Positions 12,950-25,519 of a stretch of DNA of 64,000 bases are shown here, piece after piece (the stretch's first letter is position 1; each line of letters starts with the position of its first letter). The DNA lies in NCBI GenBank assembly GCA_020184695.1, contig JAANOX010000253.1, forward strand, positions 395,114-459,113, read 5' to 3'. The notes under the pieces are model-generated. The model did no database searches. It saw only the letters and a list, made by a program, of their open reading frames with translations, and had not been told where the DNA came from. The position numbers and the translations under genes are program-made. Source of the stretch: Histomonas meleagridis 2922-C6/04-290x (lineage: Eukaryota > Protista > Parabasalia).

Positions 12950-13549
12950 AAAATCTGTTTAATGTTTCTTGTATGATTTTAATGAGCGGAATCCCTTGTA
13001 AAACTTGTCGTATGCGTTTTAATACTATCACTGAAATTTCAAATCATCAACCAAAATTAACTCTTGAAAAATTTTAAGCCAAAAACGCAGAATAAGCAAA
13101 AGAAGGCGCTGAGAAATAAGTTGCTGAATACAAGCATCAAGAAATCATTAAAGTGGAAGAATTGATGGCGAATTAGATGAGTCTCAATGTTGTTATTTTG
13201 GTTACTAAATGTTTACTTTGTGGCTAAATATTTGAAAAAGAATAGATTACTCTTGAACATTTGAGTTTGCATGGACTTAGTTTCCAATATCCAGAAAAAC
13301 TTAAACATAAAAAGGCTTGTGGAATATCTTGGCGAGAAAGTTGTTGTTAGTAAATGCTGTGTGTGCTGTTCTTGTCAATTCAAGACATTTTCTGCCATTC
13401 ATGATCACGCAATTTCTTTTGATGAAGAATCAGCATATTATTACTCACCAGGAACTGGTGCTTGTGAGTGCAACCACTGCATTGATGAGAATGATGAAAT
13501 GCGCTTCGGTTCTATGAAGGACACAAAATCTCTGTCTTTATCATCTTAA
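12950..13549 (+). pseudogene. C2H2 zinc-finger gene, most complete copy (2 of 6)
   Basis: Three finger-like motifs: CKTCRMRFNTITEISNH, CLLCGxIFEKExITLEHLSLHG and CVCCSCQFKTFSAIHDH. Several in-frame TAA stops. Confidence 0.65.
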
Positions 13550-13764
13550 CCGATAATTTACACATTCAAAAAGCAAATAATTGGTCACCAGGTTTGAATA
13601 AGTGGCAATTATAAACTGTCCAAATGACATCTTCACAGCGCTGAAAACGACTGTAGCGCTGATGTTGCTGAGTTTCCTTTGCGCGGTGCAGCTCACTGTG
13701 CGCATAAGCATCAGTAAAAACTCTTAAAATTTTGTGTTTGGATTTTTTATTCAATCAAAGCATT

Positions 13765-14408
13765 TCATTCCTCCTTATCAGGTGGAGGAACGCGGCCAAG
13801 ATCATTCAAGATCATGAAGCGGAAGCGGCACTGCGTGTTCAGCTTGTTGCCAATTTTCTTTGAAATTGTCACCCAATCGTTGCCATAGATATTATGCAAC
13901 TTGATCAGCTCCTTGTCTTCTTTTAGTGTCCAATTTCTTTGCATCATTAAATTACAAAAACCATTTCCCATCTCTGCCTGCATTGCAGACCACTTCTTCC
14001 GTTTCCTACGAATTGGGCGATCCGGCTCCAATGCCTGCTGAACAAGTGGATGGCGCACAGCAAGCGTGCGTCTTCGATATAGAGCCAACTGTTTATATTA
14101 TTTAGGTTTCTTTGGTGAAATGGTGTGTCTATGAATGGAAGTGGAGGATAGTTTTTGCATATTAAGATATCGTGGAGGCATATGAGAGCTATGTTGCCCA
14201 TTAGGAACATGTTGATGTGGTTTACTGCTGCGTTTATGTCTCCCTGTTGCTCTATAATCGCTGTCAAGCTTTGCCTTATTTGCCCTATGACATTTGGTGG
14301 GTAGATGCCATCGCTAACAATGATCCAGAGACAGAATTCGACGAGGTCGTTGTGGTTCGCATTGATCATGCTTGTTTGACAATGAAGTGATGATGACCAA
14401 GCGGTCAA
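13765..14408 (-). pseudogene. Myb-like DNA-binding protein, frameshifted paralog of 19762-20355
   Basis: SWLYIEDARLLCAIHLFSRHWSRIAQFVGNGRSGLQCRQRW and NWTLKEDKELIKLHNIYGNDWVTISKKIGNKLNTQCRFRF are Myb repeats. Confidence 0.85.
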
Positions 14409-16163
14409 TTTTGTTACAATTTTCTTTAAAGTTAAAAAGTTTATGTTAACCTGTCAAACTGACGGTTGTCCGGATTTTGTATACATTTTTAACTGTAACA
14501 TTCATAAACTAATTGTAAAAAATTATCACTTTCCGATCAGTTTTAATAGAATCCGTTCAAAAAATGAAACCGATACTGCCGATAATATCGATTTTTTCAA
14601 TAGTTTATGAAAGTTCTTAAAAAAATTTTGTTCCGTTCAACCCTACAATCATCGATTCCCGTTATTTTTATCCCCAAAATTCATAATTTCTCTGAAAAAG
14701 TGGCCGTTACTTCACTTCCATAAATGTTCGCCCTTAGAACATGGCCGTGCACAAGCCTATGATCATCACTTAGATGGTGGCTTAGTGCGTGCTAGGAAAC
14801 AAAGGGTGCATGGATGGTACCATCGGTAAGGGAAGATGGAACTCGTGCTGATTTCATAATATTTTAATATCCATAAGTATGATCAGAACACTTTGGTGGT
14901 CTTTTGGGGTGGTGAGACCGTACAGTTTGATGAATGCCCAACATCAGAACAAAAATTTGAATTTTGAAATATTTCAAACCAAGATGACAATGGAAGAAGA
15001 ATGTTCAAAGACAAAACACTACATTAACCCACAACGATGAAGGAAATATGGAGATTGGAGATGTGCGCGATTAGATATAAGATAGTGGAAACTTATTTTG
15101 TCACAACATGAAAAAATGGGTTTGTAGCATGTAATAACTTGGTTACTTGGTGTAATTGTAAGGTATCATATCAGTTAGAATATCTCTAATATCATATGAA
15201 ATTACGATTGTTATTACAAAATCTGGTTGATTACATGAGTGGAAAAGAGGTGATTGATAACATCATAAAATAGAATATGATTCATATTTTTGTTCCTCTT
15301 CTTCGGTGATCATAATTTTTAATTCTGGCATGCTTTATACTATTGTGCAAAGAGATTGAAATCACAAGAAGCAGAATTCAGGATATGAAACTTTAAATTT
15401 AAAGTTCTCGAATTTGATCGGCAGAAATCAATTCAATACCTTCTGAATATTCACCTGAAATGAATCAAGAATTGTGTTTCTTATCAAAAAGCAGACGTTG
15501 TTGGATGGAAAGTCTCGAAGCTTTTTGAATTAAAATTGAGGTGTCGTTCGAAAATTAACGCTGAAGAATTCCGCCTTTCTAACTTATAAAACAAAAGAAC
15601 TTCAAGCACCCTGAATCCTAAATGAGTTACACCAAAATGAGAAAATATTCAACCAAACAGTCTGATTTTATGAAATTGAACTCCTTCTGAAGAATTTATG
15701 AAAAGGTTTTTAAACATTAAATCGTATCATTGTTATGAAGGATGTCTTTGAGTAACAAAGTTGAACAAAAATCATCCGAATTGTTTGAAAAAAGCTTGTG
15801 ATTAATTTCACAACTCTTTTCCCCAAATGTTTACGCAAATAACATTAAAGAATGCTTTAAGGTGGTGAAGGCTTTCATAAAGATGTTGTAATTTGAGATA
15901 TAATTACAAATTGATTCTTTAATTGAAGTTGAGACGAGTTTATCATACTATTGAAGTTTGTTCCACTCCACGCAATAAAGAGAGTGACAAAACCTTTGAT
16001 CGGGAAGAAATCGAGAAACAGCGGATAATGTTTGCAGTACTTTATTTCCATTGATCACTTCATTGATTCCTCTGAAAAACCCTGTAGCAGGAAATTCTTG
16101 TGTATTTTTCGAAGTTGATGAATTAAATGATAATGTGACTATAAATTTTTAAAACTAATTTTT

Positions 16164-16248
16164 GGTTCAATGGTAGTGGTTAACCGTCCAAAATGATCGG
16201 CTTGTGTTCGAGGCCACAAGGCGGAGGTTCGATTCACTGCATAGAATA
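16164..16248 (+). tRNA. tRNA-like element or tRNA pseudogene, isotype not assignable
   Basis: A-box-like TGGTAGTGGTTAA, stem CTTGTG/CACAAG, B-box GGTTCGATTC and a T6 run at 16251-16256. Acceptor and T stems pair poorly. Confidence 0.35.
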
Positions 16249-17989
16249 AATTTTTTCATTTTTTGCAGAAAGAAAAATTTAAAATGTTCAAAATGATCAT
16301 AATGAAATTTGTTTATGAGAAGAAACGTTATGTTAAATTTATATTATTTTATACTACTATAGTTCGAATAATTTTTAAATCATCAAATTAGATATCTGTG
16401 CTTTTTGATTTATTGGTGTTAATTTCTTTCTTAAAAATTTTTTTTATTTATATAAGTAACAAGTTGTGAAGGTAAAAATGAGGATATTTATGTTAATTCT
16501 TCAAGGGAGATTTCCATGCAGATATAATTAATGTAATTTATTACGCGATTGAGAATATGTTTTTTTAACGAAATTTTTTTTAATGCAAAATTTGAAAAGA
16601 TCTATTCATTTTATATTTATCGAAATTTTCATTTTTGTAAAATTATAATAATAGAAATAGATATATATTTATTTAAATTTTTTTTTATTGATAATAATTG
16701 ATATTATAGTCAAAAAATATATATAACATAATGTATAATATATATATATATATATATATATAATGTATAATATTATATATTACATATTCATTGAATATTG
16801 CATATTAATTATTATAATAACTATAACATGCAAGTAATAATTCGAATAAATATATACTTAAGTTACACACATTTCGAAGATAAATTTATCTATAATGTCT
16901 GTATATATTCATATCAACACATTTAATTAATATTAAAAAAAAGATTCTTTTTTTCATGTTTTTCTACCATGATCAATAACTTTTATTCGCATTAATATAT
17001 ATTTTTAATTTCATCATCAAACACTTCCAAGCACATTTTGTTATGCAGATAGTTCCACACGAATTGTATTTAATAATCAGCGCATCAACGTGTTTGCGTG
17101 CACATCAATTCCATCTCTTTTTTCTGATCTTGTATTCAACCCAGAAGTAGAAGAACAAAATAATTTCAGAAGCTTATACTATCAATCACACATACGAATT
17201 CTTCAACATACTTAAGGTTTTCAAATAGTGTGTTAAACACTGGCAAATGGTTTAAAATACATTTTAGACGCCTTTGAATTCACAACTGCTAACTTGATGA
17301 TGCATTTGCTCAACATCACAGAACTTTTGCTGTTGAATGCTCTCATTCAGTACTTATGATTGACAATTTAAATACGATTCTCAACAACAAAAAGCATATA
17401 CCATTCATTTCATAGTTTAACCGAAATATTTCGTAATCAAAAATTATAGGTGTTACAACAACAAATAATTAATCACAAGTTGATAAATTTTTTATTTGTG
17501 ATGGATGTTTTGCTTTTAAAGCTCATCTCTTGTTACCTAAAAGCTTTGTGGAATTCGATATTCAGATCAAAATTGTTTCAGATACCAACACCGAATGTAA
17601 TACATGTGCAGAAGTCATCGAATGAGATATATCAATAAAATTAAATTTAGCGAATTTAGTGTGTCTCCTTTAGAGGCTAAAAATGTATTTAAAATTTAAT
17701 GGTGTGATGATAACCAAACTCAGTTTAGTAAACTGGTTCTTTACATAAATTCATTAAAATGTTTACAAAACATAAGCAAATCCCAAACATTTAATTTACA
17801 CTGATCAGATTTTATTTTATTTTGTTAATATTTCAGCTTCTACTGAAATATTTATCTAAATTTACTAGCAAAGGAGTTATTCACTATTTTTGGAAGGACA
17901 GAAATATGTATCATGATATTGTTCTTGATATAAACGTCTGATGTATAGCATCCATGAAAATGCCCAAAAAGCCTCACCCACTTTTGGAG

Positions 17990-18590
17990 GCTCATTTCCA
18001 TGATATCTAAATCTGAATGTATTCATTTTCTGGAATTCACACAGAGAATTTTGAGTAATTCAAATGGCATTGTCATTGGATCTGAAATCAAAACAGGAAT
18101 ACACCCGAAATAAGTTGTATCGAAAACTCTTTTGTTTTGAAGAATAAGGTCACCTCTTGGGCAAACACAAAGTCTGAACTCATATAATATTGTGGAAGTA
18201 ATTTAACAGTATCTATGATGGATGATTTACTTCTACGAAAAAGTAATACTTTACCGCGCGTCATGTTTTGTATAAGAGAAGTTGCCTTTGACGAACGACT
18301 TTACTTGTTTTACTGGCAACACCATAAGTCTGTGCAATAAAAGCAATGTAATTTCGTTTGCGAGTCCAATTGATTTTGTCTGGATGATAATCTCGAAAAT
18401 ATGAAACGAATGGAATGACAATATAGTGACCATTCCATGTTGTACCAGAATTATGAGATTGAGGATTTGGACGAACGATGAAAAAGTTGTGATGATAAAC
18501 AGACTGATGACGAGCATTATTACCGTAACAAGTTTCGAAAGATGTGTCAACAACGTGATCAGAGCCATTCTTGCGATCATACCATATGAG
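17990..18590 (-). pseudogene. Exostosin-like (GT47) glycosyltransferase fragment
   Basis: WYDRKNGSDHV (W.R..G.DH motif) and, downstream, the pattern P-R-G-D...KRVFDTTYFGCIPVLISDPMTMPFE...NYSKFSV, which matches GT47 C-terminal motifs. Stops and frameshifts present. Confidence 0.75.
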
Positions 18591-19011
18591 TTATATATGT
18601 AAATTATTAAAAAAAAAAAATAAACGAAAAACTGTTTAGACGAATCAATGACGTAAAATCAGATTATTTGGTTTAGTATTTTCTCATATTGGCAAAACTC
18701 AATTAATGATCCATGGTGCTTGAAGATTTTTTGTTTTGTTAATACAGAAAGGCGAAACTCTTGAGCGTTATTTTCCGTACGAAAAGTTTCAAACACCGCA
18801 AAACCACATTTTGATAAGAAGCGCAATCTCAATTTACTTTTGTTCGAGCTAACCAAATATTCGTCCATTAATATCCAACGTAAAATTGAGTGGTTTTTTA
18901 TCGTCCAAATGCGAGTAATGATCAGAATTAAAAATTATGCTCTCCAAAGAAGAGGAACAAAAATATGAATCATATTCTATTTCATGATGCTATTAATCAT
19001 CTCTTTTTCAC

Positions 19012-19485
19012 TTGTGTAACCAACCAGATTTTGTAATAACAATCAAAATTTTAACTGTTATTAGAGATATTCTAACTGATAATAATATCCAACAATTACA
19101 CCAAGTAACCAAGTCGTTACATGTTACAAATCCATTTTTCAATATTATGACAATATCAATTGATCCAATATATCAAGTATTATCTTGCATACCTCCAATC
19201 TCCATATTTCCTTCATTGTTGTGGGTTTTGTGGTGTTTTGTCTTTCAACATTCTTTATCCATTTTTATCTTGGTTGAAATATTTCAAAATTCAAATTTTT
19301 GCTGTGATGTTGGCCATTCATCAAACACTAACCCTTTGTCGAACCCAAAAGACCATTCAAATGTTCTTTTGATCATATTTATTGATATCCAAATATTTTG
19401 TAATCAACACGATGTCCATCTTCCTTTACCAATTGTATCATCACTGCACCCTTTGTTTCCTAACACACGCGAAGCCACCATCTAA
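19012..19485 (+). CDS. Hypothetical ORF, with a decayed inverted paralog at ~14760-15260
   Basis: 157-aa ORF. The paralog retains NQH(D/E)xHLPLP...HPLFP...ATI* with several synonymous changes. No family recognised. Confidence 0.3.
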   Translation: MCNQPDFVITIKILTVIRDILTDNNIQQLHQVTKSLHVTNPFFNIMTISIDPIYQVLSCIPPISIFPSLLWVLWCFVFQHSLSIFILVEIFQNSNFCCDVGHSSNTNPLSNPKDHSNVLLIIFIDIQIFCNQHDVHLPLPIVSSLHPLFPNTREATI

Positions 19486-19761
19486 GTGGATCATAGTTTT
19501 GTCGTGTGAACATTTATGGAAGCGATGTTCCACCGACCACTTTCCAGAAAAAAGCACAGAATTTTTAAATGAATGTTCTGGAATTTATGGTCACAAAAAA
19601 ATTGTAACGAAATACGTCAACCGCAAATTTCAAACAAAAGTTGGAATTTTAACAGGTATTATTTTTACATTATCAAAAAGTTATCGGAAGCTTTTTTACC
19701 CTTTAAGAAAATTGTATCAAACTTGGCTGCATGGCCATCATCACCTCATTATCTAATAAGC

Positions 19762-20355
19762 ATGACTGCTGCGAACCACGCGCATCTCGTCAACTTCTGT
19801 CTTGAAATCATTCTTGGTGGTAACAAATATCCAGATCAAATCATAAATTACATAAGCAGCTGCTTGACATCGATCATACAGCAACAGGAAAACACAGAAG
19901 CAGCAATAAACTACATCAATTTGTTACCAATGGGCAGCTTAGCTCTCAGTCGCCTCAACGAGATCTTAAGTTGCAGAAACCAGCCACCACTTCCAGTTGA
20001 AGGCGACATCTTCAAGTGTAACTCTCAAGGTCGACAAGTTACACGTCACTGGAAGTATGCCGAAGACAATCGCTTGCTATGCGGCATTTACTTGTACGGT
20101 ACACAATGGAGCCTGATCGCCACATTTGTCGGGAACGGAAGAGATTGTTCGCAATGCCAACAAAGATGGCAAAGGGTTCTTTACCCAGGCATACGAAACA
20201 GGGTGTGGACACTGAACGATGACATAAAGCTTGCCAAGTTGCATAGTACCTATGGTAACAAATGGGCGCAAATTGCTCGGGAAATAGGCAACGCGTCGGA
20301 CACACAGTGCCGTTATCGCTACAATTCATTGTTGACGTCGCTGTTTCGCTTCTAA
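19762..20355 (+). CDS. Myb-like DNA-binding domain protein (trichomonad two-repeat type)
   Basis: WKYAEDNRLLCGIYLYGTQWSLIATFVGNGRDCSQCQQRW and WTLNDDIKLAKLHSTYGNKWAQIAREIGNASDTQCRYRY. ATG at 19762 aligns with the start of the 14-kb paralog. Confidence 0.9.
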   Translation: MTAANHAHLVNFCLEIILGGNKYPDQIINYISSCLTSIIQQQENTEAAINYINLLPMGSLALSRLNEILSCRNQPPLPVEGDIFKCNSQGRQVTRHWKYAEDNRLLCGIYLYGTQWSLIATFVGNGRDCSQCQQRWQRVLYPGIRNRVWTLNDDIKLAKLHSTYGNKWAQIAREIGNASDTQCRYRYNSLLTSLFRF

Positions 20356-20549
20356 AGAAGAATAAGGTAATTCATTACCTTTGGATTTAATAAACAAATC
20401 CAAACACAAAATTTTAAGAGTTTTTACTGATATTTATGCGCACAGTGCGCTGCACCTCGTCAAGGAAACTCATCAACTTCCACTCGATGCGATGTTATTT
20501 GTCCCTTTTATATTTGCCAATTGTTCAAATCTGGTGGCAAATTATTCGA

Positions 20550-20965
20550 AAATTGACGGTTACGATGATAAAGACAGCGATTTTATTTCATTCATCGGAC
20601 ATAAGTGCATTTCATCATTTTCATCAATGCATTGGTTGTACTCACAAACACAAGTTCCCATTGCGTAATAATCTGGTAATTCTTCCTTAAAAGAAATTGC
20701 GTGATCACGCAATGGAAGAAAGTTTCTTGAATTGACAAGAACAACATACACAACAATTATCAACAATAACTTTCTCGACAAGGTGTTCAATAAACCTTTT
20801 TTTTTTTTTTTTTTTTTCTAGATATGAAAACCTAAATCCATGCAAACTCAAATATTCAAGAGCAATGTATTTGTTTTCAAATGTTTTTGCAACAACGAAA
20901 TATTTAGTAACCAAAATCTCATGCCATTGAGAATCTTCAACTTCACCATCATCATCTTCCTCTTC
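20550..20965 (-). pseudogene. C2H2 zinc-finger fragment (copy 3 of 6)
   Basis: Near-identical to the copies at 25520-26150, 57240-57850 and 62350-62770. Confidence 0.65.
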
Positions 20966-21098
20966 GATTGCAATATCAATATCATCATTTTATTTACCCA
21001 AAATTTTTGTTACGAATCCATCTTCCAACTATTCTTGCGACTGTTGGTATCGGAAATAAATCATACACTTGACGTATTTGGTCAATAAGAGTTTTTTT
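20966..21098 (-). pseudogene. CCA-adding tRNA nucleotidyltransferase N-terminal fragment
   Basis: PTVARIVGRWIRNKILGK*NDDIDIAI matches the class II nucleotidyltransferase motif RxxGGWVRDKLLGxxSxDxDIA. It is fused directly to the zinc-finger fragment. Confidence 0.75.
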
Positions 21099-21160
21099 AG
21101 TTGTGAATGATTCTCCACTTTTTAACCCTTTTGTATTAACATTCATCCCCAAATACTGTA

Positions 21161-21630
21161 TTGCTTAATGCGTTAAATACTACAACAGAAGCTCAATCAC
21201 CTCCAACATTAAGTTATCAATTATTATTAATGTTAACTTTATTACAAACATTAAACACAGAAAATTATGATGAAATGTTAAATAGTTTCTTACCAGAAGT
21301 TGTTGGAGCATTAAAAGAACATGAATATAAAGCACATGAACCAGTTAGTGAATGTGTTTTAATACTATTGTAAGTGATTTCATAAAATAAGGAAAATCAT
21401 TAACACTATTGTTATTACATATATCTGTTAGTATAACACCAAATCCATGTAAATTTGGAAGGGATACAATTGATGCTATTGAATGTATAATTATCTTTAA
21501 CAAATTTGCACAAAATGTTAACCTTGAAGATCTTGGGCAATCTTGTTTAATATGTTTTAATGGTGCTGATTCCAACCCTAGATCAGATGTATTTCATTGT
21601 GTATTGCAATTTTCGAAAACATTAATTTGA
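21161..21630 (+). pseudogene. Helical-repeat (HEAT/ARM-like) protein fragment
   Basis: Two consecutive ORFs with an amphipathic leucine-rich helix pattern. Family not identified. Confidence 0.3.
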
Positions 21631-21678
21631 CGTGTTGTTTATAATGTATCAATAGCAAAGAGTAATAGACATTTAGCT

Positions 21679-21728
21679 ATGTCAAAATTCTTTGTTAATG
21701 ATTTAAATCAATTGTCTGGTTATAAAGC

Positions 21729-21771
<43 letters not shown>

Positions 21772-22444
21772 TGGAAAAATATCTATAAAACAACACAAGA
21801 AAACCAACAAGATATATTAAATCTTAAAGTTCCCCAATATTATGGTGACATAACATCTAAAATTAAAAATTTTGGAGAATATGATTTTAAAAGCATTGAT
21901 ATTATTCCTAAGACGTATTTTTGGTCTTTCATATTTTTTATACGAAACAGATTATAAATGGCTTCATAGAGGTGCTGATGATAATGTTATTAATGTAAAA
22001 CATACAGAATCATACTTTAAATCACTAGAGATGAAATATGATCCACTTACAGAACCAGTGATTTTAGGCTCTTGTGTTAAGATTCCTTCAACCAAAGAGT
22101 TTCTTCAAGGTGGTTCTGGATATCTTTATTCTAGGAAAGCGGTCGAATTAATGCTTCCGATTTATAAAAATGTTATATTTCATTGTAAATTAGCCGAAGA
22201 TGTTTGTCATAATGAATTCTTACATAGATTAAACATTAGTATTGTTGATGCAACATCATTTAACTTTTTGGAATATTCATTTGACAATGAAGATTTGCAG
22301 AAAATATATAATAGTGATTTTACTAATTTGACTTTATGTCCTGAAGAAAAGTATCCACAAGATTTAGAGCTTTGTGGATCTTTTCGTGGTCCACTTGATA
22401 GAGTTTATTTCTTTCAACACTATGTATGGTATGGATGTAGATAA
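21679..22444 (+). pseudogene. GT31/Fringe-like glycosyltransferase, frameshifted copy
   Basis: KWLHRGADDNVIN (DxD-like), KYDPLTEPVILGSC, FLQGGSGYLYSRKA and EDV. The intact inverted copy is at 61257-62015. Confidence 0.7.
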
Positions 22445-22798
22445 ATTAATAGAAAGGTCCAAAAGACTTTTGTATTATTTCCCTGATTTAAGATTTTCTA
22501 AACTATGTCGAGGTAAAGAGAAAGAATTTAATGTAAGCAAATTGTTATAAAAAAAAAAAAAAAACAAAATTCCTTCAAATATGAAGAATTGAGTAGAGAT
22601 TAATAAATCAGGGCGTGAATCAATTTATAAATAAAGAAGCTTAATATAATATTATTATTAATTTAGATAAGATGATCAATAAAAATATTCTTATTTTAAA
22701 ATTCCAATAGCATTAATCTAATCTATAGCTATACATTAAAAAACACACATAAAAAAAGCATCAAAAAGTAACACCAAGTTGACTACCTCTCTCTTTAT

Positions 22799-23788
22799 TT
22801 ATAACCATCTTCCCAAATTCTCTTTCTTTAATACAAATTTATTGTTTTCAACTCTGGAGAAAATTATTTGATTATTTAATTCGCATCTATTTATATTCGA
22901 AACGAATGAAATTCCGCCGTCACACTTATAGCATTTAGACTTTATGTACAATCCCATAAAGTAATCTGGATAATACATAAACAATGCATTAAAAACATTT
23001 TCTTCTCTGACAACATTTTTACATTGTGAAAGGTATAAGTCGTGAACTTTAAAGAACAATTCTTTTGTTTTTTTAATGGATTCTCTTCGACCACCAAAAA
23101 ATCCCCCAATTACAAAATTAGCAAAATTCGGATCAAGTTCTTTTAGTGGCTCATATTCTTTGCCAGAAAGATATTGTATCTCATTAAGTTCGATTAAAAA
23201 TTGTGGATGTGTTTCAAATATTTTCTCAACGCGTTTTTGAGATGGTATTTGAAGTCCTGTGAAATTCGTCTTTTTATTTATCCCGACATCAATCCAAAAT
23301 ATGTATTTATAATCATACGGAAAATTACTTACATATTCAAGTAAACATATTTTGGAATTCCATATGGAGTCAAGGTTTTCACTTATAATAATTTTTTTGT
23401 GCAATTTCAACATATTGCTTTTTGTATTTTTGTATATTACAAATGTCATATGGTGATTTATACGTAAAGTTAATGTAAAGAGATCGTATACTTGTGTTTA
23501 GTTGAAGTATTTCTAATCCTAATTCATTATTATAAAGATAAAAATCAGCTTCTTCTGATATCATTTTTTAGAAGTTTGATGAAGCATTCAATATATTATT
23601 TTTGTTGGATGTCTTTGAAGTTTTGATTCAAGAAAATAATAAAAAGATGAAACATAAGCAATGTTTTTCTTTTTTCCTTTATTCTCTCCAATTTTGCTTA
23701 TATTAAAAAAAGCTGTTTTTATTGGTGCACAGAAATGATAAAATATTATCCCTGCTAAAATCGGTTGAAAAATTGATACATAAAACAA
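22799..23788 (-). pseudogene. HtrL/YibB-like putative glycan-modifying protein, fragmented
   Basis: YIFWIDVG, FVIGGFFGG and EENVFNALFMYYPDYF resemble the HtrL/YibB pattern. The N-terminal hydrophobic segment lies in ORF 23588-23788. Confidence 0.45.
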
Positions 23789-24505
23789 AACATAATTAAA
23801 AAAAGTGGTGGGTTAGAAAAATTGGTTAATTTCTGGTGAATCCCTTTAGGATGTTTCAATTCCGTCTGTAGAAATGTTGCCTTCTGCTTTATTTCTGTTA
23901 GATTAAGTAAATTATTCAAAAATTTTGTGCACAAGAAAATGGAAAGTTGAAGGAAGAGGAAATCGTTTTTTAACTGTTTATTTAGTTCCACATATGCATT
24001 TTTTTAATTTTTTTCTGATATTTCATCATTTAACTTTTTATTTTTTTTGTAATTAATTTGAAATAATTATTCAATTTCTTGATTATTCATTTTTTAATTC
24101 CAAAATATTTTGAATTAATTCGTTTTGTTCTTCATTGAGAGTTGAGATTCTTTTGTTTTCTGTTTTTTTAACTAGTTTGCGAAGTTGCTGATTTTCTCGT
24201 TTTTGTTTTTTGTATATTTTTATTAAATTCGTTCTTATGCTCCTTTGGCTTCTAAAATTGTTTCAACTGAAGCTTGTTTCGAAACTAAATTATGAAGTTT
24301 TTTGATTAAATATGGAAGAACAGAGTGAAGTGATTGAAGTTTTTAGATTTTTGTTTCGTTTATTTTTGAATTTTGGTAATTAATCTTGATTTTCATAAAC
24401 AAAAATAATTACTGATTTTTTGTCCTTGGAGAATAAAATTAACTGTTTTGTCTTGTCTGGAAATCTTTTTATAAATAAGTTAACATAAAATTTTTTATTA
24501 TTTTA

Positions 24506-25220
24506 TTGTTGTCCATGGCAGCATTAATTCATGTGAAAGTATCCAAAGCACAATATTTAAATTATGATGGAGAAAATGAGACACTACCTAATACATTTGT
24601 TGCTTTATGTCTAAGAAGTCAATTCCCAACCAATTGTTTTGTTTCTTCTATTCAAGAAAAAACGCAAAATCCTATATGGAATGATGAATTCTTTTTTAAA
24701 TGTAAAGAGCCTAAATTAGATTCATTATTTATTGATATATATCAATTCATTGATGAATATCATAAGATTAAGATTGTAGACACAATAATATTTTTCAATA
24801 TCAAAATTAAACAAAATAAACAAAAAAATTATTAAAAACTTTTATTTGAAGCAATCAACAATAAATAAAAGCAAGAACGTGGTAGGATTGTTAACACTTG
24901 AATTTAAAACATTTAGAAGATCTATCAAAACAAGAACAAAAAAGATAACAAAAGTTAAAACAAAAAAAATATCAAAACCAATTTCACCCATTGAAAAAAG
25001 AAAGAATCCAAAAAAACTTCTAAAAGTCAGAAGGAATGTATTGAGAACGAAGAATCATGTGATAGTGAACAATATGAGCAAAAGAAAGGAATAAACCAAA
25101 TGAAAAAAGAAAAGAAAGGTTCAAAAAAAGAAAATACTAGAAGATCGAACTTAAATACATATGAACCACTTTATTTTTATGAAGATGCATTTTATAATGA
25201 AGATATTCAAAAATATGAAT
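24506..25220 (+). pseudogene. C2-domain protein, frameshifted copy
   Basis: IHVKVSKAQYL...PNTFVALCL...SSIQEKTQNPIWNDEFFF...DSLFIDIY is a C2 consensus, followed by a K-rich tail. Confidence 0.8.
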
Positions 25221-25519
25221 GAAATCTCTTTCACAAACGATGGATCCATCCATACTTTTAAAAGTAAATCTCATTAGTGAGCTATTTTTGTTATTCGAAT
25301 TGCCTATTAGAATTTGAAGAAATATATAATCCGAAATTTAAAAAAAATATTATCATAATATGAACATATCACAGCTTTAGGTACCTGTTATTGTTTTAAT
25401 TATATTTCTTTGGTTATTTTTTTCTCATTTGAGCTATACATATTAATTAAGCTTTTTAATTTATTCAGATCATTAAAATGAATAAAAATTTACTACCAAC
25501 CGTTTGAATAAAATTCGTT

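Noticed and set aside
12950-15300. Alternative genetic code (TAA/TAG or TGA reassigned), suggested by many in-frame stops in pseudogenes
   Set aside because: Long intact ORFs (E2F-like, Myb, PolB N-terminus) contain no internal stops and end in TAA or TGA. Stop positions usually differ between paralogs, which fits decay or sequencing error.
19160-19756. Fatty-acid elongase-like motif (FLYQLYHHCT) in an alternative frame
   Set aside because: Synonymous changes relative to the 14.8-kb paralog favour a different frame, and the HxxHH motif is incomplete.
20364-20381. Hairpin AAGGTAA-TTCA-TTACCTT after the Myb stop codon as a terminator
   Set aside because: It is a short AT-rich stem in a eukaryotic gene, is not conserved in the 13.7-kb paralog, and is expected by chance.
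21729-21768. YIYIYI low-complexity protein segment
   Set aside because: It is the translation of an (AT)n microsatellite whose length differs between arms.
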